From NCBI RefSeq assembly GCF_006345805.1, contig NC_043005.1:64294001-64358000 (forward strand): a stretch of 64,000 bases of DNA, read 5' to 3'. Below, piece by piece: positions 26,975 through 39,980 of the stretch. Position numbers and translations under genes: made by a program. The notes beneath the pieces are model-generated. The model did not search any database and was not told the origin of the DNA. It saw only the letters and a program-made list of their open reading frames with translations. Within the stretch, counting starts at the first letter, position 1. Every line of letters begins with the position of its first letter. The DNA is from Octopus sinensis. Its lineage: Eukaryota.

Positions 26975-27200
26975 CAGAGAGGTGAAGAGACATAAACACA
27001 CACACACCACACACACACAAATACATATATACGACGGGCTTCTTTCAGTTTCCGTCTAACAAATCCACTCACAAGGCTTTGGTCAGCCTGAGGCTATAGT
27101 AGAAGACACTTGCACAAGGTGCCACGCAGTGGAAATCAACCCGGAACCATGTGGTTCGTAAGCAAGCTAAGCTACTTACCACACAGCCACTCCTGCGCCT
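26975..27200 (-). mobile_element. 5' half of SINE type C
   Basis: ...gctacttaccacacagccactcctgcgcct is the reverse complement of the C head. Confidence 0.85.
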
Positions 27201-28404
27201 ATTTTATTTAACGTTTTGCGCCAATCCCCTGCTCTTGGATTCGAAACGCATAATCTATGAAGCGTGATGTGATGTAGCTATCATGAATCCAACAAACACT
27301 GCATTTCACGTACGACTGAACAAATTTAGAACAGAAAAAAAATAATAAACGAGTTAAACAGACAAGGAAATAATGACAAACTTGTTTTGATCGGGTGAAT
27401 ATATAAGGCAACGCCTGGAGAAAACCTATATAGTTGTGAGTACGTATACAAAGATACACAAGCATACGTAATACATGCATATGTACATATATATTTGCGC
27501 GCGCGTGTGTGTGTGTGTAGGTCAGTCACACGTGAAACCAGGGTTCGAATCTCTGCCGAGAGAGGTCTTATAATTTTTCTGTGGAAACATGGCTGTGTGA
27601 TAAAGTTCCCTTTCCAACCAAGTAGTTTTTAGTTCATACTGCATATTGGACAAACGTCTTCTTCTGAAGTCCTCGGTCGACCAAATTTACTAATACACCC
27701 AATGCTCAAACTGGATCACAAGCTGTTGCTAAGTCGGACAGAACTTGAAATCTGTAGGTTTCAAAGCGAACTGCTTGACCGCACAGCCATGATAGCACCT
27801 ATGTGTCTGTCAAATGTGTAACGGTGAGTTAGATATTTTGTGTCATTTATTACTCGTTTTTCTGCTTTCCGTAGCAATGTTATTTTTTAATACACTCATC
27901 TCACTGTATCGTTTTACATTTGTGTCATACACTCTGCTATCATTTGTGTATCCATTAATGATATTATATGTATCTGACATATCATACTTACTGCAATATG
28001 TAATTAATATATAAATCAACTAATCGAATTGTAAGAAATTAGAGCTGGTCCCTATCGGCAATTAATAGTACTGAATATTCCCAAGGTGAGGAATGAATGT
28101 ATGTATGTATGTATGTATGTAGGTAGGTAGGTAGGTGTCTATTTAGCTAAGTACGCATGTACTTACATGCAAGTAAGCAGGTATCTAAGCACTTATGTAT
28201 TTCCCGCCAATCGCGGAAAGAGCCGGTTTCTAGCCCGGAAACAATTACTCATTCCTAGGAATTTTTACACCAACCAAGCAGCCTTGTACCCACGTAAGTA
28301 TATGCATGTATGCAAGCATATATATCTATATAATGTGTGTGTGTGTGTGTGAATATATATATATATATATAGCATATAGTATATATTTGTAATATGTTTT
28401 TTTT

Positions 28405-28525
28405 TACTTTAATTCTTTGACTGCTGCGCCATGCTGGGGCACCACTTTAAAGGGTTTTAGTCGAACAAATCGACCCCAGAACTTATTTTTAAGCCTAGTA
28501 CTTATTCTATCGGCATCCTTTGCCG
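28405..28525 (-). mobile_element. 3' fragment of SINE type C
   Basis: gactgctgcgccatgctggggcaccac...gtcgaacaaatcgaccccagaacttatt...aagcctagtacttattctatcgg. Confidence 0.7.
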
Positions 28526-28719
28526 GATGTTACTTTCTCACAAACCTTTAACTTACTGTTGACATCTGGACAACAGATTTCAACTATTGTGTATAGTTAC
28601 TTTTCTCTGTCCCAGTTATAGTCTGTTATTCTGGGGTTTTTTTTTATTAATATCTCATAGGTAATAACATGATAACTTTTTTGTACAGTTATACATAATG
28701 TGGATCACATCCTCATTGC

Positions 28720-29300
28720 TAATTCTACAAAGCCTACGTCGATTGTTACATCTTGGGGATATATCTTCATCTGTATCTCCTAAGTATATCAGGTATTTTC
28801 GGGTATTGTCTACTCCTGTATTGCAAAACTGTCTCCTTCAAAATGAGAGCTAATATCCCGAGTGCTAATCCAAGGTAGCTCCTCTGGTTATCTATGTTGC
28901 TGTCACTTCGGATATTGTTATGCATGACCTCTTGTTCATACAAATGCAGCTTCTCTTCTAGCGACCTGCTGTAGAGTATCGTACAAATTTTCTGGGTGCG
29001 TAGAGTATTCTTAGTAATTATCAGCGTCATATATGCAGACTTGATCCATGGAAAAGCTTCGATATAGGTGAGTAGGGGATATTGAATGATAGGGATACAA
29101 TGCTGCCTTGTTGTCATTGTAAATGGAGACACGGACCACATAATTCTTAATGTGGAAATTCCTGGAATGCGTTAATAGTTTTCAGGGCATAAACGTCAAT
29201 AGTCCAGTTCTCATCTAGCGTCCAGTGTTGGTATGAACACTGCTACAGTAAACGCCTTGCGGGTTATTACTGTATTATATTTGGAAACTTCTGTGGATCA
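28720..29300 (-). mobile_element. Highly degenerate R4/Dong-like RT C-terminal relic
   Basis: The - strand pieces resemble KAF..AV..P...WT and FHI..(D)RL...QG(G)RG of this LINE type. Many frameshifts. Confidence 0.45.
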
Positions 29301-29947
29301 TATTTTCTTTATCTTAGTATTATATTCCCACCTACCAAACATTCCATGAACGAACCCTTTCCTGCTTCAAATATTTCCCTACTTTACATGACTTTTTAGC
29401 TTGCTGCATTTCAAATCTGTCTCACACCCAGTTTGGATCCTTCCTCTCCTCCCGAGCCCCGTTTAACTCTTGCTCTTACATTCACAACACTTTTAATTTT
29501 AAAATACTTAAGAGTTTTGACCGGAAGACTTAATCTCAATTCATAAAAGGAATTGTGTCTAATTAGAAAGGCAAAGCTACAGAAAGTTGATCTTTATTAA
29601 ACCATTTTGAACATCGAAGGAAGTTTAAGACTTATAATCTTTCCCGACCAGTAATGTCTTATAAAATATTTCTTTTACACTGAGGCGATGTTCTCTATAT
29701 CGGTATGGGAACCAAATAATATGATTGTTACACAAGAATTGTAAAAAGATGAGTTCTGTAAATCCAGCATTAACTCATAACTCTGCAACCTCGAAACAAG
29801 TATGGGATCTATTGGTGATTCCGAATTTTAACTTAATCCATCTGGCTGTATGCTGATAGTAGTGAGGATTAATTAGTTGTAGGAATGCGAGCCAGGTCTC
29901 CATTCAAATGATAAAACATCATTTTTTTCTAACTGCCACCCTACCAT

Positions 29948-30007
<60 letters not shown>

Positions 30008-30890
30008 TTCTGTTATATTTATTTAGTTGTTTCGAAGTAATGTGATTATTACGTTAGTAGTTCAATATACACAATCAATCTACATATGACTGTCATATTT
30101 TATTGTCATTTTTAGGAGTTAGGTCGAATACATTCGAAGCACCTCAAATATGAAACCTAGTTTTTATATAATTTAATTATATTAATGGATCGTTTTCAGT
30201 GTTGCGATCATGAATCATATCGTGATGAGTAACATTTACTTGGCTATCAAATTGCTACTCCTCACGAATATGTGCTTCGGTTTTATTTTCAGCCTTTATT
30301 TATTTGGGTAAGAAGCATATTGTGCTTATTGTCAGTAGCCTATATGAAACTGCCATTGCCTATGCAAGGCATTATTTGTGCTGATTGTGATTTGATCAGA
30401 AGTTTAAGCAATCTTAAACGCCCGCTTTTAGGCCATAAACATTTTCTGGTTGTGTAATTTCTATTGTACTCAATAGATACTGCTTTGAAGCAATTCAAAA
30501 CATTTTCGAAACAGGATATTAAGCTAGCTAGAGCTAATCATGGCTATAATAGAACTAATAATTCAGTAAATTCACAACAATAATCTCAAGGATGTTAAAT
30601 GTAGGCAATAATGATCTCGATTTGCTAATTTTAAATCAAGCATTTAGAAAGAACATCAAATGAAATACCGTAACAGAACACAAGAAAATGGCGGAGTTGA
30701 TCGTCTGCTAGTTGAAAAAATAACTAATGTCTAACACTATGGAATTGCCATTGTTTCTCTATCATCAAAATATACGCATGTCTAATCAATTTTGTTCGGT
30801 CGTAAAACTCAGTTGGTATTTCCATAGATTCATTTTAAGCCTGACGACGACGTCGTTGATATACAATAAGTCATTTTCATAGTCATCGCC

Positions 30891-30925
<35 letters not shown>

Positions 30926-31119
30926 TATTATTATCTTCATCATTTGTAATACAACTTCATTATATTTGCACTGGTCACTGATGTAGATGTATCTCTCCCT
31001 GCTTTACATTACTACCGAAAAAATTACGGCCAGCATTAATAAAGAATTCTAAGTTTTGTACGAGTTTGTAAATAATAGAGGCCGAATATGGTTTACTTGA
31101 TCGACTAAAATGATAATGA

Positions 31120-31656
31120 TGAGGACGCGGAGGAGGAAGAGGATTAGAAGGAGGAGGAGAAGGATAACGACCAGAAGGAGGAGGAGAAGGAGGACAAGAA
31201 GGAGGGAAAAGGAAGAGGACAAGAATCAGGGAAAAGGAAGAGGACAAAAATGAGGAGAAGGAGAAGGAAGAGGAAGGGGAGGAGGAGAAGTAGGAGGAGG
31301 AAGAAGAAGGAGGAGGAAGAGCAGAAGGAAGAGGAGAAAAGGGGAAGAGGAGAAAGAGGAAGAGCGGTAGGAAGAGGAGAAAGAGGAAGAGCGGTAGGAA
31401 GAGGAGAAAGAGGAAGAGCGGTAGGAAGAGGAGAAAGGGGAATAGGAGAAGGAGAAAGAGAAGGAGGAAGAGGAGAAGGAAGAAGAGGCGAAGGAGAAAG
31501 AGGAGAGGGAGAAAGAGGGAAGAAGAGGAGAAGGAGGAAGTGGAGGAAGAGTAGAAGGAGGAAGAAGAAAAGAGGGGAGGTGGAGGAAGAAGAAGAGAAG
31601 GAGGAGATGGTGGGGGTGGGAGAGGAGAAGGAGGAAGAAGAAACGAGGGGAGGTGG

Positions 31657-31687
<31 letters not shown>

Positions 31688-31900
31688 GGAGGAGGAGGTG
31701 GAGGTGGTGGTGGTGGTGGTGGAGGAGGAGGAGGAGGAGAAGAAGGAGGAAAGGGAGGCGGTAGAGGAGGTGGAGGTGGTGGTGGTGGAGGAGAAAGAGA
31801 AGGAGGAGAGGGAAGGGGAGGAGGTAGAGGAAGTAGAGGAGGAGGAGTTGGTGGTGGAGGAGGAAGGGGAGGAGGAGGAAGAGTAGGAGGAGGAAAAGGG
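31120..31900 (+). repeat. ~780-bp polypurine (GA/GGA/GAA) tract including three 27-bp tandem units
   Basis: The + strand is almost pure A/G. The unit gaagaggagaaagaggaagagcggtag occurs x3 at ~31345-31430. Confidence 0.9.
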
Positions 31901-32861
31901 TCACTTTTGTGGCACTTTCTGATTCTCTCTACACATTTTAAAAACAATATCTTCACTCATGTCCCAGTTCTGCACATGAAACTGCTCTCTCCAATATCTC
32001 TCTGTTCGCAACTTTCTCGCCTCCAAATGCATTTCTCATTCTCCCTCTCTCCTGTCTCTTCTATTTATATCGCTCCTTTGTCTCTCTTTCTCTTATAATT
32101 CACTTATTTATATTTCATTTAATATCAGAATGCTTTACTCATTTGTGTCTATAACTGCATGTAAGTGCAATCTGTGTGTGCATGAAACAGAAACGTGTGT
32201 GCTGTGTGTGTATCGCGCGTTATTTTGTATATGAAGGAACGAATGTGTGATCATGTACAGATGCAAGTGAGTGTATATTTTTAGTCTGTTGGATTTTCTT
32301 CCAGCAGCCTTGCTTTACTCTACACTTTATACATCCTACTTTTCCTTCTCCTAATATTTCCTACATTTATAGTACTACAACAATGTTAGTCATTGAACTT
32401 TGAAGCAGTGTTATTTTCTTACCAGCCAAACACATACACATAATACTAGTTCAGTAGTAGAAGATAAGGAAAACTAATGGGAGTGGTAATTCTACTCGTT
32501 GCCTACTCGACACTATTAGATCATAATGTATGGCGTTGAGAGGAAATGGAACACTCCAGTATCAGGATGGCTAGGATTCGTATTAGATTTAAGACGGGTG
32601 GGGAACCAGCGAAAAGGTAACTAACTTCTACACCAAACAAAGAGACAGCCTGATAGACAGTCAGACAACAACGAAGTGTGGATTTCAAACTTCTTTTACA
32701 GAACTAACTGAATTACATTTTATATTGTCTACATATTTGTTCACCTATTCGCTGATTAGCGTAAAACTTGACGAAATCCAAATTTTATTATTTCGGGGCC
32801 AGTTAAATAAATACCAGTCGAGCTCTGGTGTCGACGAGCCCCGAAGTCGACAGAACTAGTG

Positions 32862-33130
32862 AACCAGTCCAAAGCCTCAGTCACACATAGCAGCCATTGT
32901 GTGCTGGTGCATTGTTCTGATGAAACAAATGCCCTTTTGTCAGTTTTTTTTTTCAGTGCGTTTGGTTTTGATAGCCTTTCGTAACTACCTCAGCAAGTTG
33001 GCATAGTACGCTCCATTGATGATGCGGTCCTTCTGAAGATTATCAAGATAGTCAATAAACACAATGCCTTTTGCAATCACAAAAACTGAGGCGATCAATT
33101 TCCTTGCTGATGAAATGACTTTGGAGCGAG
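32862..33130 (-). mobile_element. Mariner transposase relic
   Basis: The - strand gives KVISSARKLIASVFVIAKGIVFIDYL...IINGAYYANLLR*LRKAIKTKR...FHQNNAPAH. This matches the mariner catalytic region (ASVFWD...YY..LL...FHQDNAPAH) with the catalytic Asp positions mutated. Confidence 0.85.
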
Positions 33131-33264
33131 TCAGCGGCGATGTTCCCACTGTATGTGTTGTCGCATTGTGGCAGCCTCTTAGTGAACCCAACATTTAACC
33201 TGAAGAAGGAAACGAGCTGGATCTGCTTCAAACAATGTCAGATTTTCCCATACTTTCTTTACAT

Positions 33265-33400
33265 TATTTACATTTGACGGATATTTGTCCCCATCTTGTT
33301 TACACAACGTTTCGGCTGATATACCTTCCAGCTTTCATCAGGTTTCTTGAGGAATTTTCGAACCTGGGCTCTCATTCCTAAGGTATTTTTCGATGTTATT
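33265..33400 (+). mobile_element. Penelope-like terminal repeat with an antisense hammerhead-like core, ending in (TTA)n
   Basis: acgtttcggctgatataccttccagctttcatcagg reads CTGATGA-stem-GAAAC on the - strand. An inverted partial copy lies at 34181-34250. Confidence 0.6.
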
Positions 33401-33420
33401 ATTATTATTATTATTATTAT

Positions 33421-33466
<46 letters not shown>

Positions 33467-33469
33467 TAA

Positions 33470-33550
33470 GGGAATATGGCGTAATGGTTAAGAGCGCGGG
33501 CTACTAACCCCAAGATTCCGAGTTCGATTACAGGCAGTGACCTGAAGAAT
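33470..33550 (+). mobile_element. Short tRNA-like SINE inside a trinucleotide array
   Basis: TGGCGTAATGGTTAAGAGCGCGGGCTACTAACCCCAAGATTCCGAGTTCGATT has A- and B-box-like motifs but no acceptor-stem closure. Followed by (TAG)n(TAA)n. Confidence 0.65.
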
Positions 33551-33557
33551 AGTAGTA

Positions 33558-33592
<35 letters not shown>

Positions 33593-33609
33593 CATAATAA
33601 TAATAATAA

Positions 33610-34150
33610 ATGCCCTGATGCAGTACCAGGCAGTGGCTCTCATGGCTTCTGATCTTAACTGATTGGAAGTGTTATCATGTACATTGTTTTGTCTTGGTAT
33701 AAAAGATGGGCTACAGCAAATATTCTGCTCAATACCACAGATTTGCTTGTCAGTTGTTTGACCTTAACCAGTTGAGCATGTCCCTTAGTGGCTGATGATA
33801 TGTGCATCTCTGATCACGAGCAGAAGTAGTGGGGGAGCATCATAGCCATGTGTTGAGAGGGATTCTTTGGGGTTTGAATAATTCACCTCTGGAAACATGG
33901 GTGGTTCTTTCAACATCCTTAAACAACCCTTTTGAGCGGGATGGGCTACTCAACTTGAAGAAAATTCTAACTGGGCCCCACCTGCAAGGTCATGTGCTGT
34001 TTATCTTGATATGAGATCACCATGTCGCGCACATATGGTTGTGATGCATGTGCCCGGTGTACCCTTATCAGACGGGTAGTCATGATGGGTATGTTGGGCT
34101 TCGTATATTTTACCCCAGTGTCACTTTGATGGCATGAACTGCTCTCTCAC
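33610..34150. mobile_element. ~540-bp non-coding interspersed element flanked by (TAA)n on both sides
   Basis: A complex-sequence block embedded in a (TAA)n array, with no ORF. Repeat status rests partly on recognising it as a common octopus repeat. Confidence 0.5.
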
Positions 34151-34182
<32 letters not shown>

Positions 34183-34254
34183 TCGAAACATACCTTAGAT
34201 ATGAGAACCCAGGTTCGAAGATTCCCCAAGACAACTGATGAAGGCTTCTATTTT

Positions 34255-34545
34255 TTAATTATCATAAAACTTCCACTGAGAAGGGAGCCGGTTTCCAACA
34301 AAGATACACGGCTCCATATTTGGGATGTACTTAATACAAATCCACACTTGAAACTTGAGAAAAGTTTTGCATATTTTTACTGTTCCACTCACAGATTGAA
34401 CTTGTAATATACGAATTAGCCAGTCGATTTCTCTTTCTGAAAATCCCAGTTTATCGAGATTCTCCTTTAAGAATTTACTAACAAAACCTAGTGCTCCAAT
34501 TATTGTTGGCATGAATATGGATTCATTGTCTGGAAGTTTCGAAGC
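34255..34545 (-). mobile_element. 3' end of a restriction-like-endonuclease LINE
   Basis: ORF 34255-34512 PTIIGALGFVSKFLKENLDKLGFSEREIDWLIRILQVQSVSGTVKICKTFLKF resembles the IIGALG...LQ...GT..I C-terminus of these LINEs. Confidence 0.7.
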
Positions 34546-34887
34546 AGTTGTCCATAGATATGTATGTATATGTGTATGAATTATGTATATATGTATGTAT
34601 GTACGTATGTAAAATGAATATATTCAGTAGACATCTGTGAATTTAGCAATATGTTAGACAATTAACTAAAAAAGTTATCAAACGCCTTCAAACACATGAA
34701 AATTAGAAATAAAATGATTATAAAGAATCTTCAAGAAAAATGGTAGAAAAAATCTTTTGCTAAAATAGTTAAAATTGTTTTACAAAATGCATTTTTATAG
34801 GGATAAATACTGAAGTCATGTACACCATATTTAAATACGCACACACACACATATATATGTATACATATAGACATACACATATGTATG

Positions 34888-34936
<49 letters not shown>

Positions 34937-36125
34937 GAATATGTATATGTATATATATTTGTGTGTGTGTGTATACACACACATACATACATAAATTTGT
35001 ATATATAGGTATTAGACAGAGGTTTTTACATACACTTATATGTATATACTCTATTTTGCATTCAGGAATGTGTATATATGTCTGTGTAAACGACAATCAT
35101 TATGATACAGACACGTTTATATGACTAATGGAATGGAAACGATATAAAGAAGAATGTTAACAGACAAAACTGAAAAGAAAACCTGTTTTTTTTCATTCCT
35201 AGCTCAAAAATTTGAGCTTGAAGTTCCTGGGATCTCATTTTTCGCTTCATTTTTATCGTTGATAAAAAAATGAAACTGCTATACAATAGAAAGTAACCAA
35301 TATAAAATATTATAAAAGGGCAAACAGAAGTGTGTGCGTGTGTCTATGAAAGTATACTTGTTCAGTTGTATATTTTCTTCTTGTGTATGTTTTTAGTTTT
35401 TGCATATGTTTTCTTTTGGGTGCATATGCATTGAAGAGATATATGTTTTTATATGTGTATATATATGCACTACGTATACCGAAGATACATGTCTATCTAT
35501 ATTTTTTATGAATGATGAAGCAAAATAACGAAAGAAATATCGAACTATAAAAATTGAATTATATTTATTGAAAAACAATATATTAATGTAAGTGCCTCAT
35601 TGCATTCTTAGATAGCATTTTTTTTTTTTTTGTCTTTGAGAATGTGTGTCTATGTTTATGTATACCTATGTGTAAGTACATCTATGTGTATGTGTGTGTG
35701 TATATGTGTGTACGAAGCAAAAGCCGAATGCACAAGAAATATTTAACCACATTTATATAATATATTCATGAATGTATATGCTATATATTATTTATTCCTA
35801 GCTTCAAAACTCAAGCGAAAGTATCTTTCTTGATATTATGTATTGTAAAACCGAGAGTTTGGAAAGATAAGTGCAAAAATTATGTATGCGATTCAGTGAG
35901 TACTAAAAACGCACAGAAGTTAATCTTGGTTATTTTAGCAATCTACTAAATTATAATTCAAACCGTAAATTGCAATGAATTGACAAGTTCTGCAATGATT
36001 AAAGAAAATGAATAGAATGCTATGGAAATGATTCATATATATATTGTTATATTTCGGAATGGTCATTTTGCCAGTTTAGCCAATAAAAAATCTTGCACAA
36101 CAAACGTACTATATATATATAAAAG

Positions 36126-36429
36126 GGATTGCACCTAGAAAGTTACCCTTCTAGACACAAGTCCGGGCAAGGTTGTTTATGGAAGACCAGCAGTCGCCCA
36201 TGCATACCAGCCTTCCCTCTCCACGCCACCAGTGTTATCCAAGGGAAAGACAAAGGTCGATACAGCTTGGCACCAGTGACGTCGCAACTCATTTCTACAG
36301 CTGAGTGAACTGGAGCAACGTGAAAGAAAGTGCTTTGCTCAAGAACACAACACGCAGCCCGGTCCGGGATTCGAGCTCACAACCTCACGATCGTAAGTTC
36401 GACGCTCTAACCACTGAGCCATGCGCCTT

Positions 36430-36432
<3 letters not shown>
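36126..36432 (-). mobile_element. SINE type E (B-like head and core, different tail)
   Basis: Reverse complement: GTGAAGGCGCATGGCTCAGTGGTTAGAGCG...GTGTTCTTGAGCAAAGCAC...CTCCAGTTCACTCAGCTG, then the tail GACTTGTGTCTAGAAGGGTAACTTTCTAGGTGCAATCC. Confidence 0.82.
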
Positions 36433-36479
<47 letters not shown>

Positions 36480-36484
36480 GTGCG

Positions 36485-36622
36485 TAAATGGGGAAATAAC
36501 GCTCATCTGCAATTTTGATGAAATTTGTAACACAGATATTCCAGTTTATTACAGAAAATATAACAGGAAAGTCTAATTCTTCAATTGCATGTAACACGGG
36601 CAACGCCGGGTATCTATGCTAG
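36485..36622 (+). mobile_element. Helitron-like 3' end
   Basis: acgggcaacgccgggtatctatgCTAG|t has the same 3' signature as the elements at 44988 and 62474. Confidence 0.55.
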
Positions 36623-36645
36623 TATATATATATATATATATATAT

Positions 36646-37075
36646 TTCGTTTTGGGATTTGGTTTGCAAGATTCTTTATATGAGTTCGTATGTTGAAGCA
36701 TATTCTATTGTGTCTGGGGAGAGTCATTTTCTTTTTGTGCTTTATTATGTAACACTCACCGGTAAAATTTCCAATTTTTTCTTGCAACCTTTTCAATAGT
36801 TCCAAAACTATTGAAAAGGTTGCAAGACGCAACGAAAATTTTAGGAAAATAAAACTAAGAAACAAAATGGAAATTCTACCGGTGAGTGTGTTACATAAAG
36901 CACAAAAAGAAAATGACTCTCCCCAGACACAATAGTATACATATATATATATACTTCGTTTTTGTATCTGGTTTGCGAGTTTCTATATGTGAATTCGTGT
37001 GTTGAAGTAAATATTTTTGTGTCTGGGGAGAGTCATATTGTCTTAATGTCTTATTATCTAACATACTCACCAGCT
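36646..37075. repeat. Foldback/MITE-like palindrome with three arms and a perfect 21-bp inner hairpin
   Basis: The arm ctattgtgtctggggagagtcattttc...acactcaccggta at ~36706-36765 is inverted at ~36875-36935 and repeated directly at ~37015-37072. cttgcaaccttttcaatagtt-ccaa-aactattgaaaaggttgcaag lies at 36781-36826. Confidence 0.85.
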
Positions 37076-37419
37076 CGATTTCGTAGGAGCATATGTATTT
37101 GTGTATGTATGCATGCATGCATGTATGTATGTATGTATGTATGTATATGTATATATGTATGTATGTATGTATGCATGCATGTGTATGCATGCATGCATAT
37201 ATATGTATGTATGCATGCATGTATGCATGCATGTATGTATGTATGTATATATGTATGTATGTATGCACGTATGAATGTGTGCATGCATGCAGGTATGTAT
37301 GTACGTATGTATGTATGTAGTCTGCATTTCATGTGTGTATACGTGTGTGCATATATGGTCATGTGCTTCCGCCACTTTCTCGCTCCCTCTCTCTCTCTCT
37401 CTTCTCTCTCTTTCTCTCT

Positions 37420-37458
<39 letters not shown>

Positions 37459-37992
37459 AGGAGAGAGAAAGGGAGAGAAGAGAGAGACAGACAGACAGAA
37501 AGAGACAGAGACAGAGAGTGAGAGAGAGTGGGAGCGATGGCAAGATAAATGAGAGAAATCAACCACATGATTTTTATCTTATGGCATCTTTTACAACTCT
37601 TCAAATATCAGCCAATGACATGAAAGACCTCATATGTTCAGTCAACGACCAGAACTGCTCAGTCGAATAGAGACACTACTTTTACTTTGACACTATTCAT
37701 AAACATGCACATGCATGTATTATCTGCATGCACATTCATATGCATCCAGCAACACCAGGACATTGCATATTATTTATTTTGTGATAAAGTCTTATACGAC
37801 TATATATATACCACCTCGATATTTTCAATCAAGTGAACGAATAATTACGTGTATACATATATGCATAGGTTTGTGTATGTGGGCCGTAAACGTTCAGTTA
37901 TTTATATGCTTTCATCGCTCTTGCTTTACCCCACGCACTTTTACCTGACAACCCAGCTACCTACATAATACACACACAGACGCAAACACATG

Positions 37993-38063
<71 letters not shown>

Positions 38064-38281
38064 CATATGCACGTCCTAAGAATGTTATAAACTTTCTAAC
38101 TTTCAAACTTGCAAGAGAAAATCATTTTCTTTTAATAACGGTTCTCGAAGCACTTCAAATACAGCTATAAAAGAGACAGACACATGAATGTACATATTTG
38201 TATGCATCTATAATCAGACTAATACATACACGCACATACACTAACATATGGTTTAAATTGCGGTTTTAAACACACGCGCAC

Positions 38282-38383
<102 letters not shown>

Positions 38384-39711
38384 ATGATAAGCATAGAAGT
38401 TTTGCTTAAATCTATTCGCAAATACGAAAGTTTTTGTTGTTATTGTTTGTTCAGTTTTCTATTTTTTCTTTCTCTTTCTCCCCTTTCTCTCTCTCTTTTT
38501 CTTTCCTTCTCTTTCTCTTTCTATCTCTCTCTCTCTCTCTCTCCCTCTCTCTCCCTAAGTTATTATTTATAGTCCTCATATGTTCTCTATCAAATCTTAT
38601 CACCATGAACTCTGTCGATGCTTTAACAGTTTTCTTTTACGACATCTTAACGGCATCTGCTTCTCCACCAGCGGCCATATCTATCTCACATGAATTGGTA
38701 ATCTGTAATAATTCGTAATTTAATTTTATTCAACCCACTTCTCTGGTCATCCCTTCATCCTCAACTCGTGCTTGGTTTTTTTGAAATAGGTGAAGACGAT
38801 CTACTTCAGTGTTATCAACCATAGATTTGTTTACTGTTGTTTCTATTGACGTTCAGAACCTTCCTGTTGTTATTTCTCTTCTTCTTGTTGTTGTTGGGTT
38901 TTACTGATGCTGTTGGGGCTCATGTTAAAGCATTAATACTATTTGTTTGCTTATTTTTTATTGTAACAAATCTTCCAATCGCTGTTGTTAATCCCGTGTG
39001 TTTCTTTCTTTGTTTTACTTTTATTATGCATGTTGCTGTTGTTACTATTGTTGTGTCCATGGTGGCATTTCTTCATCAGGTTGCTTTCAGTTTCTTCATA
39101 ATATTGCACATACGTAGAATTTTCTTTCTTGTTCTGCTTCCTTAACATGCATTTGTAGGTATTCACTCCCTCATTGTTATTGTTACTACCGTTATTGTTG
39201 CTGTTGCTATTGCCCTTATTGTTGTTGTTCTCGTTGATGTTGTTGTAGTTCCTGTTACTGCTCTACTGCTGACGTTGTTGCGTTTGTAGTTGTGGTGGTG
39301 GTGGTGGTTACACTTGATTGTTGTGTGTGTTGGGGGAAAAGTTTGTTTCATCGTTGTACATCTATGTGGTGTCTTTTTCGTTGTAACTCATCTCCCTATT
39401 GTGGATGTTGTGAAGCTGATAGTGATTACTGCTGTTGCCGGGGATGATGATGAGGCGAAGGAGGAGCAGAAAAATATTGTTAAGGATTTCGTTATTTTTC
39501 TCTTTCTTTCTTTCTGTTATTGTTCTCGAGGTATTCCCTCTAATTCGTGTCTTATCTTTTTTCTAACGTTATATACACATTGCATTCATTTTCTTGCTTA
39601 ATTTCTGTTATCACTGAAATTACAGTTATTATTACTGGTTATTATTGTTGTTATTACAACTGCGACTCATCCTTAGCTTTTAGGCTTTTTATTGCTACTA
39701 ATATTGTAATG

Positions 39712-39980
39712 TGGAGGCGCGTAACTTAGTGGTTAGGGTGTCAGCATCATGATCGTAAGATTGAGGTTTCGATTCCTGAACCGGGCGTCGCATTGTGTTC
39801 TTGAGCAAAACACTTCATTTCACGTTGCTCTAGTTCACTCAGCTGGCAAAAATGAGTAGCGCTGCAATGGACTGGCGTCCCGTCCAGCTGGGGAACACAT
39901 ACGCCATAGAAACCGGGAAACCGGGCCCATGACCTTGGCTAGGCTTTAAAAGAGCGCATGTATTTATTTATTTATTTATT
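39712..39980 (+). mobile_element. SINE type B with 13-bp target-site duplication
   Basis: TAATATTGTAATG at 39699-39711 and at 39981-39993. Has the B head and core, the same tail as type A, and a (TTTA)n end. Confidence 0.92.

Noticed and set aside
30975-32098. Long ORFs of 309, 270 and 282 aa (Leu/Pro/Arg/Gly-rich)
   Set aside because: They are translations of a GA-rich tract that cannot form stop codons. All overlapping frames are open and there is no domain-like content.
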